DNA of 64,000 bases from Nymphaea colorata (Eukaryota), in assembly GCF_008831285.2 (NCBI RefSeq), contig NC_045138.2, positions 38,688,001 through 38,752,000 on the forward strand. The letters run 5' to 3'. The position numbers and the translations under genes were made by a program. Of this stretch, positions 1-13,044 are shown one piece after another. Every line of letters starts with the position of its first letter. Position 1 is the stretch's first letter. The notes beneath the pieces were generated by a model. The model ran no database searches. It was not told where the DNA came from and saw only the letters and a program-made list of their open reading frames with translations.

Positions 1-1407
1 AAAACAGCAAAGCACATGCATATCTTCATCCTGCAGTGTGGCCAAGAATGGCAACAACAGCCTAAAGCTGATCATGGAGGAGCAATGGTGATTTGACTGG
101 GCTGAGGGAAACTGGCTGAAAGCAGCCACGCTGCAATTTGGTGTTATTGATCTTACAGCATCTTCTTAAAATCTTGTTCATCCGGATCTTGAACAAGCTC
201 CAGTCTTGCTATTTTTGCTGTCTGAGCTTTTGACAGTGGAGGTAGAAGTAGAATGTTGCTATGCCATGCACTATTTCGAACTAACTTTTTCTCCGAAAGT
301 TGAAAATAATAAAGTTATTTCCTCTTTTCAGTGGAGATACGAACGGTTATGATCTGATTTTAAGATTCACTTTTTATGGCGGCGCTGGATATGAGAAGTT
401 GCAATTACGACGTCTTTTACATGATCAGATTCCGTTTTAACATCTTCATCTTTAGTGAAACTGTATATTCCTTTTTAATCTAAGAGAGCTAGGCTTCTAT
501 AATGAGGTTCTTTCCTGAAAGTTGATGACCTCTTGAGTCTTGGTAGCCGTCGAACAGTGGAGCGCGTAAAAATCTAGCCGTGACAGATCAATGTTCCCTG
601 GATTCAGTCAAGCATTTGGCAAGATTGTTCCACCATGGCATGTTGGGGGACTAATATAACCGATACTGTAGGCGATGATGACGATGATCTACGATGCTGA
701 ACTTACATCAAGATTATACTCTCCCCACATCTCTCCCCAGATTACCAATGTCTCGCCAGTTTCACGCCAGAGAAGAAGATGATGATGACCTCAGGTTTAC
801 ATGATGCATGGCATACATGTATAAAGAACAGGGACAGTTACCAGGAGACGTGCATCGTGCTCCGTTTCTCGCTCCGTCTTTCTCTGTTGCTTTTCTTTAT
901 CTTTCTTTCCTTCTTGAACGTCCAAATCCAACCAATAAAACTGCAACGTAACAGATACTGCCAAATCTAAGGGGTGTGAAAAAGAGTACATTGACCGTGG
1001 GCACGAGAAAGATAGAGGGCAATAATATTAAAGAAGAAAAGCAAGGGGAAAAAGAAAGGAAGAAAGAGAAGGGGGAGAGGAGGATGGGGAGTTGTGGGTC
1101 AGAGGGCACACGTTATGCTCAGGCAATCCATGTGCCCACATGGATAGATGGAGCGAGAAGAGAAGGAGAGGGGCTGACTGCTGGTGCTGCAGAGGAGCAG
1201 TGAGAGAAAGAGGGAAAGAAGGAGAAGAACAAGGAGTAGAAGTGGAAGAATAAGGAAGAAATAAGTTACCCATCACACCCAACAGCCGTTTATAGTATCA
1301 TTTTTGCTTGACATCGTAACTGGGTGCACCGGTTCTTTGCTCTTTCCTTTTCTCTCCATTTGTGTTTCATTTGGGGTTTGTCTGGGCGAGGGGCTTCTGG
1401 TGCAAGG

Positions 1408-4400
1408 ATGATGAAGGAGGGCGACGGGTTTGTGAGGGCGGATCAGATCGATCTGAAGGAACTGGACGCGCAGTTGGAGAGGCATCTCAGCAGGGCATGG
1501 ACGATGGAAAAAAATGCAGAGAAGAAGCCCAAGCAAGAGTGGGAGATCGATCCTGATAAGCTGATCATCAAGACTGTTATTGCCAGGGGCACCTTCGGAA
1601 CAGTTCACAGGGGAATCTATGATGGACAAGACGTTGCAGGTCTCTCTCCCTGCCTCTCTTTGTCTCTCTCTCTCTCACTCACCCACACTCACACACACAC
1701 ACAAACAGAACGTTTCGTGTTTCAAAATATCATGTTACAGAAGGAGAAGTTACGGTTCATGCTGCGAAGTACGGCAGGCAGACGGGACTGAACTTCTCTA
1801 TTGGCCAAATATAGTTTAGACTGCCTCCACCCATGTTTTCCAACTAGGTAGTGTCGTACAATTGTCAGTATCAGCCTGCGTTGCCCGCGCAGCGGCTTGT
1901 GTTTGTATATGTTTTTTTTGTGTCTATGTGTGCGATTTCTTCCTTGTGGTTATAACGTTTTGGTTGTTCGCTTGCTTTCTGGGCTCCTCTTTGATACATC
2001 TTTACTGCAAATGTGAACAACTGTTTTTCTTCTAGTTAGCGAGTTTGGTCCTTTACGCTGCAGTTACATTAAGTATTTGCCAACCTAAGCAGTTATCAGT
2101 CAAGGTAGGGCTTCATGAGGATGGGGTTTAGTATGTAATGTTCTATCTTACAGAAGAATATTTTTAGCTTTGTAGATCTCAAAATGCCTGATTGTTTTAT
2201 GGCGTTTCTTTCTTTTGTGTCCAGAGCATGTTAGGGGTTATGCTTATGCTTGATTTTGACGGTTTAGATCTTCTTTTGCAACTTCAATTCAATTACACAT
2301 TTTTTAGCACAAAAAGCTGGCAATTTTTTAGCACAATAAAGCTAGCAATTAGCCTTTCACTCTCACTCACTACATTTGGCATAAAAAGCAACAAATTACA
2401 GGAACTGAATCGATAGTTTTGCTATTCTTTTCAACTCAACATCATTGCTGGGGATTTTTTAAAGACCAAAAAATCTCGCTCTCAGCCCTGTATATAAAGC
2501 TAAAATTGCAAACCTGTCCATGCTATTCTGTGTTTGAACGCTTGATTAGCATTAGTCTTGGCTTGACTGCCATATGATACAGAGGTGGCTGACTGGGTTC
2601 CTTTAAAGGAAAGAGAAAGTTACTTTTGCTGCGCCTGCAGATCATTATCATGGATTCCCTTTGTTCTCTTGCATTATTGATTCGTATACTCAAATTCCTG
2701 TTTCTACTTTCCATAAATTGCTCAAATGGTCCCTCTAAATTGCTGTTATTTACTTTCTTGTTGAATGCCATCTTATATGCCACTTTATTGTTTTGTCAAA
2801 CAGAAGTTTCCCTCTGTCGATTGTGTATTCAATGACATTGAACTTCGTTGTCTTTTAGTTAAGTTGCTTGACTGGGGAGAAGAAGGAAGTAGGAGTGAGG
2901 CTGAAATAGCATCCCTTCGGGCAGCATTTACTCAAGAAGTAGCTGTCTGGCACCAGCTTGATCATCCTAACGTCACAAAGGTAAGTTTGAAATGGCTACC
3001 TTTTAACTTTATCTCTTTATTGCTTTTCTTGTAAAAGTGGGAAGGTAAATACAAGTATCTGTCTGTGGAATCAAGAAGTTTGAAGACTCCACAAAATTTC
3101 ACCGACCAGTGGCCATTGGCTTTCAAAATTCTCTTCATCTCTATTCTGTAGTATCAGGAGTTCCCTGTCGTTCAATATGTTTCTATGGCCAGAATTACTT
3201 TTTGTGCAAATAAATCATGACACTATATGAAACAATAAGTTCTAGATTCTATTGTGAACCTTTTTGATAATTATTTCTCAACATTGCAACTGTAAAAACA
3301 CCATCTATTTTCAGCTTGTCCCATTGAGGATTGTAATAGTAGTTTTGTAGGTATTAGCAATTTCTAAGTAAACCATACTGTTCTGTGAAATTATACTCTT
3401 TCCCTATGCCATGATCTGTGACATTATAAGGACATGTTCCTGTTGGATTAACATGTGGACATATTACAATTTATTAGTAAGGTAGTTGAAGGATTCGTGT
3501 TATCTTGTTTATGCAACAGTTAAGTGGAAATCAACCTGTTTGCAGTCACACACACAAATGCAATGTAAAAAAAAAATAGTGTTGTATTGATTATTCTAGG
3601 ATGCAATACATTAGATTCTTCTGACCTAGATGAGGACTCAAGTTTTATTGCACTAATAGCCAATAGGCTTTCCTTTTGCCCACATGTGGCAGATTTCATA
3701 AAAACCTTTTTTTCTTGTGATCTTGAGATCTTGGTAAAGTTATTATATGCCAGTTCCTAGTGAAGTATGACCCTCTTGAATGTTTGTCATCTAATTAGCA
3801 TTTTCTCCTTTTATCAACCTTAAATGTTGACTATGAACTCAGCTGATCCATGCACTGCTCTAACATGGACCCAAGTGTTCCACAATTTGAGGAAGAAAAA
3901 GGTCCTTTAATACTGTAGTTTTAATTGTACATTTGAAAAGGCTAGATGAGTTTCTGTTCGTCACATCGTGAACTTTTTATTATTTTCTTCATATTCCTCT
4001 CTCACTTTATAGAAATTGGTCCATTGTTGATGTAAAAAGTGTTGATATTCTGTTAAATATATATTAAGAGCATGTTTTGTGAATCTTTTACTTACTTTCA
4101 TGTAGTTTTGAGCATACACAATATTGATGATTGCAGTTCATTGGAGCAACCATGGGCACTTCGGAGCTGAAAATTCAATCAGAGAATGGTCATGTTGCAA
4201 TGCCAAGTAATATTTGCTGTGTTGTTGTTGAGTACCTTCCAGGGGGTGCACTCAAGACATACCTTATAAAAAACCATCGGAGGAAATTGGCTTTCAAAGT
4301 TGTTATCCAGATATCTCTAGATATTGCAAGAGGGTACGACTCATTATCTGCTATTGTTTAATTGTCTGAGATATGGATGTATGTGTCTAAATATGTTTTA

Positions 4401-6439
4401 GTTTGCTTGCACTGTGCACACACATGTACATGTAATGTGCATTTAGTAATCTATTTGACTTTTGCTTTATATTTAGAATAATCAGTCTGTGTTCATGCTC
4501 TAGCGAACAAGAAATAGATGGACTTAGTTTTCAAAGTTGCACTGTCATCAATACCTCCATAACTTAACACTGGAGTTACTAGAGTAATGTATCATAATAT
4601 GACGTTATTTGATGGCATCACAATGATATAAGGATGTATTCAGCAAGTTTACGTTTTTATCCTTTTATATAAGTTTTGGGGTCTTTTGTTTCTTTATTTG
4701 TGTCTGATGGACATTTTCTTACTATGTCACATTTTTATATCTTACTTAAATTTGTTCTCTATATATGCTTTGATTTTTAATTGCCTAGATGTTCGTGTGA
4801 TGTATCTGCAAAATTAGCTATTTGGGATCGTTGCTAATGGCTGAGATTGATATGTGTGACTGTTACAACATGGTCTTGTTCTAAATCCACTATTATGTTT
4901 GACATCGCTTGCGTACTAGGAGAAATGCAGAAGCCTGAAACACTTATCTAAATCTAAGCTGCAAAATACATAGTTTTTTAGGTTGTTAAATATGTGTAAA
5001 ATCATAAAGTATCTAGTCCATGGTCTCTATGTTGCATAGAGGTCACATTTGTAGTTAGTCTGATTTGTGAGTGTCTTTAAGCTAAAAAATGTCCACATTG
5101 TAAGGGGTGTATACACACACACACACACATATATGTGTGTGTTTGTATATATATATATATATTATAATTTATCACATAAACTATCATAGAGATCATTTTA
5201 CAAGACAATTGGACTGATAAACATGTTAACATTTTTTTTAGGCTGAGTTATCTTCACTCAAAGAAGGTTGTTCACCGAGATGTTAAGACAGAAAATATGC
5301 TTTTGGACAAGTTGCGCACGGTGAAAATTGCTGATTTTGGTGTTGCACGTATGGAGGCTCAAAATCCAAATGACATGACTGGGGAAACCGGAACACTCGG
5401 CTACATGGCACCGGAGGTATAAACTACGGATTTGACCGAGCTTCTTTCTACTTTATCTTTATAGCCTGATGTAGAAAATTTTTTATATAACAAATAAACA
5501 ACTTCCACTCCCTTGTTTGTTCTCTCTAACTGATTGGAAATTCACCCATTTTATCAATTCTGAACATGCATGCTTGTCGCAAAGGAAATCAACTGTATTT
5601 TGAGTTTCTTGAGCATATTGATCATGTTTTATTCTGATAAATCTTCAGATAATTTTGAAAAAACTTTTACAACTATATGCATACTGCAGGACTGCTTCTA
5701 TTACAGAAACGCAATATCTTGACTAGAAAAAAGCAATTTCATGTTGTGGTGCTTTTTGATACATCTGTAAGCAAATGAAAAATGCAGACACTATGATCAG
5801 ACATGGTGTTCTTAGTTCCTGCATGTCATGAGTAGGTTTACCATTAAGAAAAATAATTTGCTAGAATGTTTGCCTTTGTTATGCCATGTTTTGAAATCTT
5901 GGTGAAGATTGCAATTCAGTCTCTAGGCAGTAGGCATGTTGCTATCAGCAATTTTTTTTCCATACAGGGCACTGGATGAATTGATAGTGCATGACATGTT
6001 GCAGGTCCTTAACGGAAACCCATATAATAGGAAATGCGATGTATACAGTTTTGGCATTTGTTTGTGGGAAATATATTGCTGTGACATGCCGTATCCAGAT
6101 CTGAGTTTTTCTGAAGTGACATCTGCGGTTGTGCGCCAGGTATATCTCTGATCTTTTTCCCTCAGGTTGAATATGTAGTGTCAAATATGGCATCTAAACA
6201 TTTTTTGAAACACTTTTGTGGCTGAATTGCAGAATCTGAGGCCAGAGATACCAAGATGCTGCCCGAGCTCTTTTGCGAATGTAATGAGGAGGTGCTGGGA
6301 TGCAAATCCAGATAAACGGCCTGAGATGGATGAAGTGGTTTCCCTGTTGGAAGCTATTGATACCTCTAAGGGAGGAGGCATGATTCCTGTTGATCAGCAG
6401 AATGGCTGCTTATGTTTTCGCAAGCGCCGTGGACCATAA
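1408..6439 (+). CDS. CBC1/2-like: Raf-like group C MAPKKK / Ser-Thr kinase, CBC1/CBC2/ATMRK1 subfamily (~355 aa, 6 exons)
   Basis: Exons 1408-1639, 2859-2980, 4137-4333, 5242-5416, 6005-6139, 6233-6439, all GT-AG and in phase (1068 nt). The N-terminus [30 protein letters not shown] is typical of this subfamily. Kinase motifs: [15 protein letters not shown] (across exons 1/2), [31 protein letters not shown]. Confidence 0.93.
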
Positions 6440-6715
6440 ACATGTTCAATTGAATTTTCTATTGGTAGCCTTGATTTGTCTAAGTAGGCTCCTAGAAAAT
6501 GGTCTCCATATTAGGGAATGTTTTATTTGGTCTGTTCCAAATTGGTGGCTTATACTGAGCTGACAAAAGCTGCAAAAGCCTCTCTTCCCTCTATGATATT
6601 ATGATAATGTATAGTTTTTAATTTCATAATTTGCTAATGATATTGATGAGTTTGCTCTCTATTGTAAGATTTCCACAACACGGTAATATAACAGTTTTAT
6701 CTTCTATTGTAAGAT

Positions 6716-6881
6716 AGCCATTTCAAGGTAGCAGGGGGGTTGGAGCAGTGTGAGCATGGTGTGCCTGAGAGCCATTTCAAGGTCGAGCAGGGGGGTTGGA
6801 GTAGTGTGAGCATGGTGTGCCTGAGACAGTCATTTCAAGGTCAAGCAGGGGGATTGGAGCAGTGTGAGCATGGTGTGCCTG
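6716..6881 (+). repeat. Tandem repeat, 3 copies of a ~54-58 bp G-rich unit
   Basis: The unit AGCCATTTCAAGGT(CG)AGCAGGGGGGTTGGAGCAGTGTGAGCATGGTGTGCCTG starts at 6716, 6770 and 6828 with few differences. Confidence 0.92.
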
Positions 6882-7075
6882 TTTGATGGCCAGACATGAT
6901 TCTACTCCCACAAGCGTCTTCCTTCTACACGATGCCTATGGTTGGGGTGCTAGCCTGAGAGAGTCAGGGTTTTACGCTGCCATCGGATGAGAAAGTCTTT
7001 TGGTAGCTAGTGTATTCCTAATGAATTGATCTGCATTAGGTGTGATATCCTGATCAAATGTAGAATTACGGCCAT

Positions 7076-7163
7076 TTGGATGACAGCCCAAAACTGGGAT
7101 TCGACCCTGTTGAATAAACATATGGTTATGATTAAAACACCGTTTTCAAAGGCTGTCATCCAA
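7076..7163. mobile_element. Small MITE-like element with perfect 13-bp inverted ends
   Basis: TTGGATGACAGCC (7076-7088) is the exact reverse complement of GGCTGTCATCCAA (7151-7163). The interior is non-coding. Confidence 0.5.
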
Positions 7164-8149
7164 TAAAAGGTGGGAATGACTCAGATCTCAATTATTCAAC
7201 TACATGTCACTTATTTACTTTCTTTTTCTTATCAGCCAGAATCCGTTTCACAAATTTTGTTCTGGACACTTTCTGACATCTTTTTTTTGTCCATGATCCG
7301 TTATTTGATGGAATACAATATTCTTTTTCAAAAGAAAACAACTGCAAAGTTTCCTGAAATTGGATGATGGTTGGTTAAATGGAAAGTCAAGTTCGGTTGA
7401 ACAAAGTCAGATGGCTAATGAAAATAACCTATCAGAATGGAGTCCTTTAAAGTATCCTTCTCAACCCATTTCATTAGTCTGCATGGCTGAGTTGGGGCTT
7501 CAGACTGAACAATTACTTCCAGAGTTCCAATCAACCTTAGCTTGTCAAGAAGGGGAGAAGGAATAAAAGAACTGTTTATTTGCATTTCCTGCCCATTTAG
7601 TTCTCAAAGAGGGCACATACCACTTTTTGGGAAAACCTAAATTTCGAATTTTGCGTGGCACCAGTCGAGAGATTTCCATGTCAATATCTGATGCCATGCC
7701 ATTTAGACAGATACATGAACCTGTTTACATGTAAAAAATTCGGCTTTCAATTTCGATTGTGTAGCTGGTATATCCGATTCTGCATCGCTTAAGCAATGTT
7801 CGATTAATCGAATTGGGTAGCAGCTGTACAGAAGCGTTCAAATTGATCCATTTGCACCCTTGAACTTATTCTCTACAATCCTTTCTTTTAATATGCTTAT
7901 TTTTAGATGGGCAAGCTTGTCACAGGCACAGACTTACTGGTCCATGCCAAGAGGAGCAGTACACCCGAGAATATTAAACTCTTTGTTATATCTTCCAACT
8001 TAGTATTTAGGAGTTAGGACAATTCTCTTTTGGTTCCAGTGAATGGATGCTCGGGTGCAAGCCTTTGTTGCAAAACGAATGGAATATGTACAGGAAAGAA
8101 TGAAAAACCAAAAAACAAAGAAACCAAAACAACCAATATTTAAGAACAG

Positions 8150-9250
8150 TAAGCTACCAGCAGAAGCAGCATTCTGTTCTCCACCATATAAACTGCTACG
8201 AGCCCTACTTTTCGACTCTAAGCAGAACAGCTCCTCCCTTGTTACCCGATCTCACATGTTCCAACAGTTTCTCTTCACGACAGATATCTAGCAGGGACTC
8301 TCCCTCCAGAAATTTCAATCCTGCTACTTGCCTCTGCAATAGACTTCCATCTGGACTGCCATTGCCTTCTTCCCTCTATCAACCCTCTCTACCCAGTCTT
8401 TACTAAAATCCAAAACTTCCATGCTTGGTTCCAAGGAAGGTCACCAAACACGATGGTACGCCTTGGACAAGTCCATCTTCAAACACGTCACCTCCTGGCT
8501 CTCTCTGCTAAACCCGTCGATCATGTCTTGCGCAATTAAAAACTGAACATGAATCACCCAGTTTTTCAGCACGGCTCCCTGGTTAGCATTAACAATGGAG
8601 GAAGAACATCCTGCAGCCTAAACACCATACTTTTTGAAATTATTTTCTAAACGCAGTTACACGGTGCATTAGAACCAAAGTCCTCCACCCTGACCGCCCC
8701 TTTGAACTTGGGAATTATCATGATTGCCTGCACCAACATTCACCCTGATCTGAACAACTAACTCTTTACTAACATCTTCCCCCCATGGCTGATCACAGCT
8801 CTTGAAAAACCATTTCGGGTAACTGTCTGGTCATGCAGAGCTTTCCTTGTCGAGATTTAAAGGCTGCACCCTCGATTTCCTCACCAGTAACTTCTCTAAG
8901 CAGAAGTTTATTTTCTGCCTGTGACCATTTCCCTAGCTGCAAAACTGTCCGACATACAATCTTCTACTTCATCTTCATTCATAAAAGACTCGAAATGTTG
9001 ACTCAACGTCTCCACGATCTCCTCCTCTTCCTTATACAACACCCCTTTGACCATCAATTTTTTAATCTTATTGTTCTCCTCCTTATTCTTCAATTTTGAC
9101 TTGTATAGCAGGTCGATGCCCATGAGGATCCAACTAGCAACTTGCTGCCTTACCAGCACTGGCTCAACCAGCTATGCCAAACCATTTGAGCCATCCATGG
9201 CGGGATCCATTCTAGGGAAAGTTTCCTCTAAACTTAGACGTCGATGACGC
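8150..9250 (-). mobile_element. Degenerate LINE (L1-type non-LTR retrotransposon) ORF2 reverse transcriptase fragment
   Basis: Minus-strand translation gives, in L1 order: NNKIKKLMVKGVLYKEEEEIVETLSQHFESF (linker), IIPKFKGAVRVEDF..CNCV*KIISKSMVFRLQ (cf. LIPK..DFRPI.LCN..YKIISK..RL), NQGAVLKNWVIHVQFLIAQDMI (cf. QSAF..GR.I.D..LIAQE) and LKMDLSKAYHR (cf. KLDMSKAYDR). Stops and frameshifts are present. Boundaries are approximate. Confidence 0.88.
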
Positions 9251-9399
9251 TACTGCAGCCTCCTTTATTTTTCGTAGATTATTGTCCTCTCCAATTTTTA
9301 TAGCTTAAATAACTGAGATTGAAAAGATAGAAAAAGTAGAAACAAGTGACAAGATGATTGATTTGGATTAATTTGAAACATGTATGTGGACAGCAGTCA

Positions 9400-9640
9400 T
9401 TTTTTTTTGAAATACCAAGGTTTTAAGAGGGCCCCTAAGAGGCTGAAGCTCCTTCCCCTCTCCCTTCCTCCGGAGGTCCAGAGTTGCTTTAGGACCTAAA
9501 TAGGGAACGAGACACCCGTCAACTAGGTGTCGTGCACCCATCATTTGTAGTGTAGGGGAATAGCACTCACGAGAATTGAATTGACGACCGACCCTTCACC
9601 GTTCTACCAACCTAGCCAGCTACACCACGGCCCTTGGGGC
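9400..9640 (-). mobile_element. Probable tRNA-derived SINE
   Basis: The minus strand begins CCCCAAGGGCCGTGGTGTAGCTGG (A-box-like), followed by TTCAATTCTC (degenerate B-box). It is ~240 bp long and ends in an A-tail (T run at ~9400-9408 on +). Confidence 0.5.
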
Positions 9641-10253
9641 TCTCATATGAAGAAAGGATGGAAAAAATCTTAGCTAATTGGGATTCCTTTATTGAACTTA
9701 ACCAATTGCAATTGGTCTAGTAGGCTGTAGATTGTTAATACAATTTAACATCTCAACCGTCCATTGTGATGACCAATGGATGGTCACTAGTCGTTCAGAA
9801 CATCCACACATCCCTGCGGAGAGAATTGGGCAGATAGGAAATGGGATTTTGATAATTTTGCCTTTGTAATTGGGCAGATTAACAAATAAATTTTCATGTT
9901 AACTACAACACAAAGAATCAGTTTGTTCAAGGCAACATCCTAAAGGGGTTGTTTGACAAATGGAACACTTTGTGAGTGTTTTATAAATCTGCTCTCTAAG
10001 GATTAGGGCAGATTTATCGACACCTAGTTCTACTGTTATATGAATAAGACACTCATTGGATGTTCCAACTTCCAAACAGCCCAAAACTGATGAAAACTGT
10101 CGGCTCGACAATATAGATTAAGAGCCTTTGCATAAGAATAAGCTGATGGATCCTAAAAAAGAGAAGACAATGCAGAAAGGAGAGGCAATGAAGCAAGACA
10201 CTTGATGAGCTGAGACTTGTTGGCCTGATCGGAAGCCTCATCTGAGTCCGAAC

Positions 10254-12968
10254 CTACCCAACATGCATCTCAATTTCTCTCACTTCTCCTCTTTCATTCC
10301 TTGACGCTGACCGAGTTGGCGTTGACTTGAAGTAACACGCATAGAGGATCAGCTGAGCTAGTGCAAGCAGTGTTCCAAGTCCATTTGGAATCTAAATCAG
10401 CAGAAAACCAAAGGGTTAACAGCTCAGTACTCACTTCTGTGTGTATACATATGCAAATGTATGTATGCACGTATATAGCACAAAGAATCGAAAGGACTCT
10501 TGAACATTGACAAAAAATCAGACATTAAGGTTAACTCTAGGGCTGTCAAGATTGTCAGATTTCATTTGCATAACAAATTAATTGGGTTTAGAAGCACAGA
10601 TTATGTCGACTAAAAAGAGTAAACTGCTAAAGCTGATGCATATAACTTGAAAAGGGTACTTATTGTTCGTGGTAAAAATACACATGAAAAATACTTGCTT
10701 AATTTAATCAAGTAGGATATCCAAGTTAGACTAGAATTTAACTGCATCTTATTTAATTTATCCCAGTAACTGTTGTCTTTGTAAATTTCATGATCATACA
10801 CAGCTGTTTTGTGGGAGATGAGGATAGGTTAGGTATCTAACAGAAGCTTGGCATACAAGTTTTTAAAATATTGTGTTTTTGGAATCCATGTTTTTAAAAT
10901 GCATGATCTAAAAACCCCATGTTTTTGTTCCATAAACTATGATGTGACTATAGATAGTTTCTAGATCCAATAACCAAGCACTGGACATCATCACACTATA
11001 CGCTCTGGAACAAGAACATAATGTTCTTAAAACATGCATTATAGGAATATGTGTTTCAAGAACACAATGTTGTTCTTACCAAATGTCAAGTCTTGTAATA
11101 CTAAGTGACATCCATGTTTTTTGAATGAAAAGAAGGTTACCAACTTTTTCTTTTCTTCTCACCTGTGTTTTCAATGTCGAATTATGCGTTTCAAATTAGA
11201 GATCTAAACATAACGGATTAGTTCATTCTAGTTTGGCAAATGAAGCAGTTCGTGTCAATCTATCCTTAAAAATTGGGGCAGATTCATAAAACACATTTTA
11301 AGGTGTTCCATGAATCTGCTCCAATGTTTGAATCATATTCATGAAATAGTTATATACTATTCTGTTTGTCTTGTCAAATAGACCCACAGAATGAATTGGA
11401 TATTGGAAGTGGCTGGACCGACATGCCTGTGCTGAGACTTTAACTATTCTTGGGATAAGAAATGACTCACAAGAATGTTGATATCCAAGGGAAGGAAGGA
11501 GTAAAGAGTCCAGCACACTCCATTGATTAAGGAGACGAAGGAGAGAGTAAAGGGCATGTACTCCACACTCTTCGTCGTAACCACCAGTTTCTGCAACATT
11601 AGAGTAAACCAAGATCATCTAAGATCCCATCTACCATGTGGATATTTCAAAATCAGGAAAGAAAAGGAAATTACCATGACACTGAGAGGTGCGGCGTACA
11701 TGCAAGTGCCAAATATAATGCACAGGGTTCCGACGAGCGTCGACCTCTTCTCGTAAGTGTGGAGAACGCCAAGGGTGATGTAAAGCACGATTGCCAGGAA
11801 AACGCACTCACCCAAAAATATCAGGATTACTTTCACCTGAGATCATGAAATCATGCAAGCAATTTTAGAAATTTCTCTATCTATTTTTTCACCGAAAATG
11901 TCCAATTTGTCTAAGACAGGCATGACAAAGAAATAGGAATTAGTGCTTCGGCTTATGGTCATGTGCCTTCAGTCTTTTCTACTTAAAGGTCATCTTTTCA
12001 TTACACATCCAAATATAATCAAAAGAATATGCATATGTTCTCCGGGTTGGCGCATAATTTATATGGCTTTTTTCAGGATTTTCTAGTTTAACAAATAGCA
12101 TTAGAATATATATTTTTTAAAAATATTTTGCCTCTAGTAAGAAAAGTGTTATCTTCGAACCAAAATTAGGAGGTGTTTGGATGCTGAAAGCTTGATTTTG
12201 TAAAACCAACCGTTTCGTTTTGAAAATTTGGTTTATTTGTTTGGGCATCACACTCAAAACCCAGTTTTTCATGAATAACCGGAAGAGGTCAGTTTTTTTT
12301 ACTCTCTTTTACAAAACCAAGTTTTGTCAAAACTGAGTTTTCCTAAAACTCGATTTTGATGGTACCCAAACACTCCAAAAACTTGGCTAACCAAGTTTGT
12401 CCTTAAAAACCTGGTTTTGGATAGGCCTGAGCATCAGCCCGGCCTGGTGCTCGAAACCCAAGCCCGGGCCCTGCCCAATGCTTGAAACCTGAATTGGGCC
12501 CCGTCAAGCTAACCCGGGCTGGGTTTTTCTGCCCAGGCTTAGTTTTGAGCTATCAGCCAAATGCATTGTTGAGATTTTTATAATCTGCATTTTCTTGTCC
12601 GTTATTCACTACCTCACTTTTTCCAATGTGAATTATAAGGACAAAAGATGGAGGCCTTCAGGGGGTGTCTCGAGCTCAAGCTCAGTCCAATGGCTGGTAG
12701 GTGGTTGGTCATTATTTGAGCAGCATAGGCATCAACCCCTTGTGCCAATAGCTTAGAACAATGATGTGCACTTGGATAAACCCTAGACTTATTCTGAATT
12801 CTCCAATTAGAAACTTATTCATAAAGTAAAACTAATCAAAAGTTGAGCTGTGATTTGTAAATTTTGTTTTCCTTTGAATAAGCAAGCTAAGGTTAAGCAA
12901 AATCTTACCACATTATGCGAAGAGAGAAACATCATGCATGGACTAATAATTATATATGTATATATATT

Positions 12969-13044
<76 letters not shown>

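Noticed and set aside
1..300. Moderately GC-rich start of the window as a possible exon
   Set aside because: I could not support an ORF or motif within the window.
6716..6881. Regular repeat considered as a CRISPR-like array or G-quadruplex
   Set aside because: There are no unique spacers and the context is eukaryotic. The G-runs are ~50 nt apart, too far for a canonical G4.
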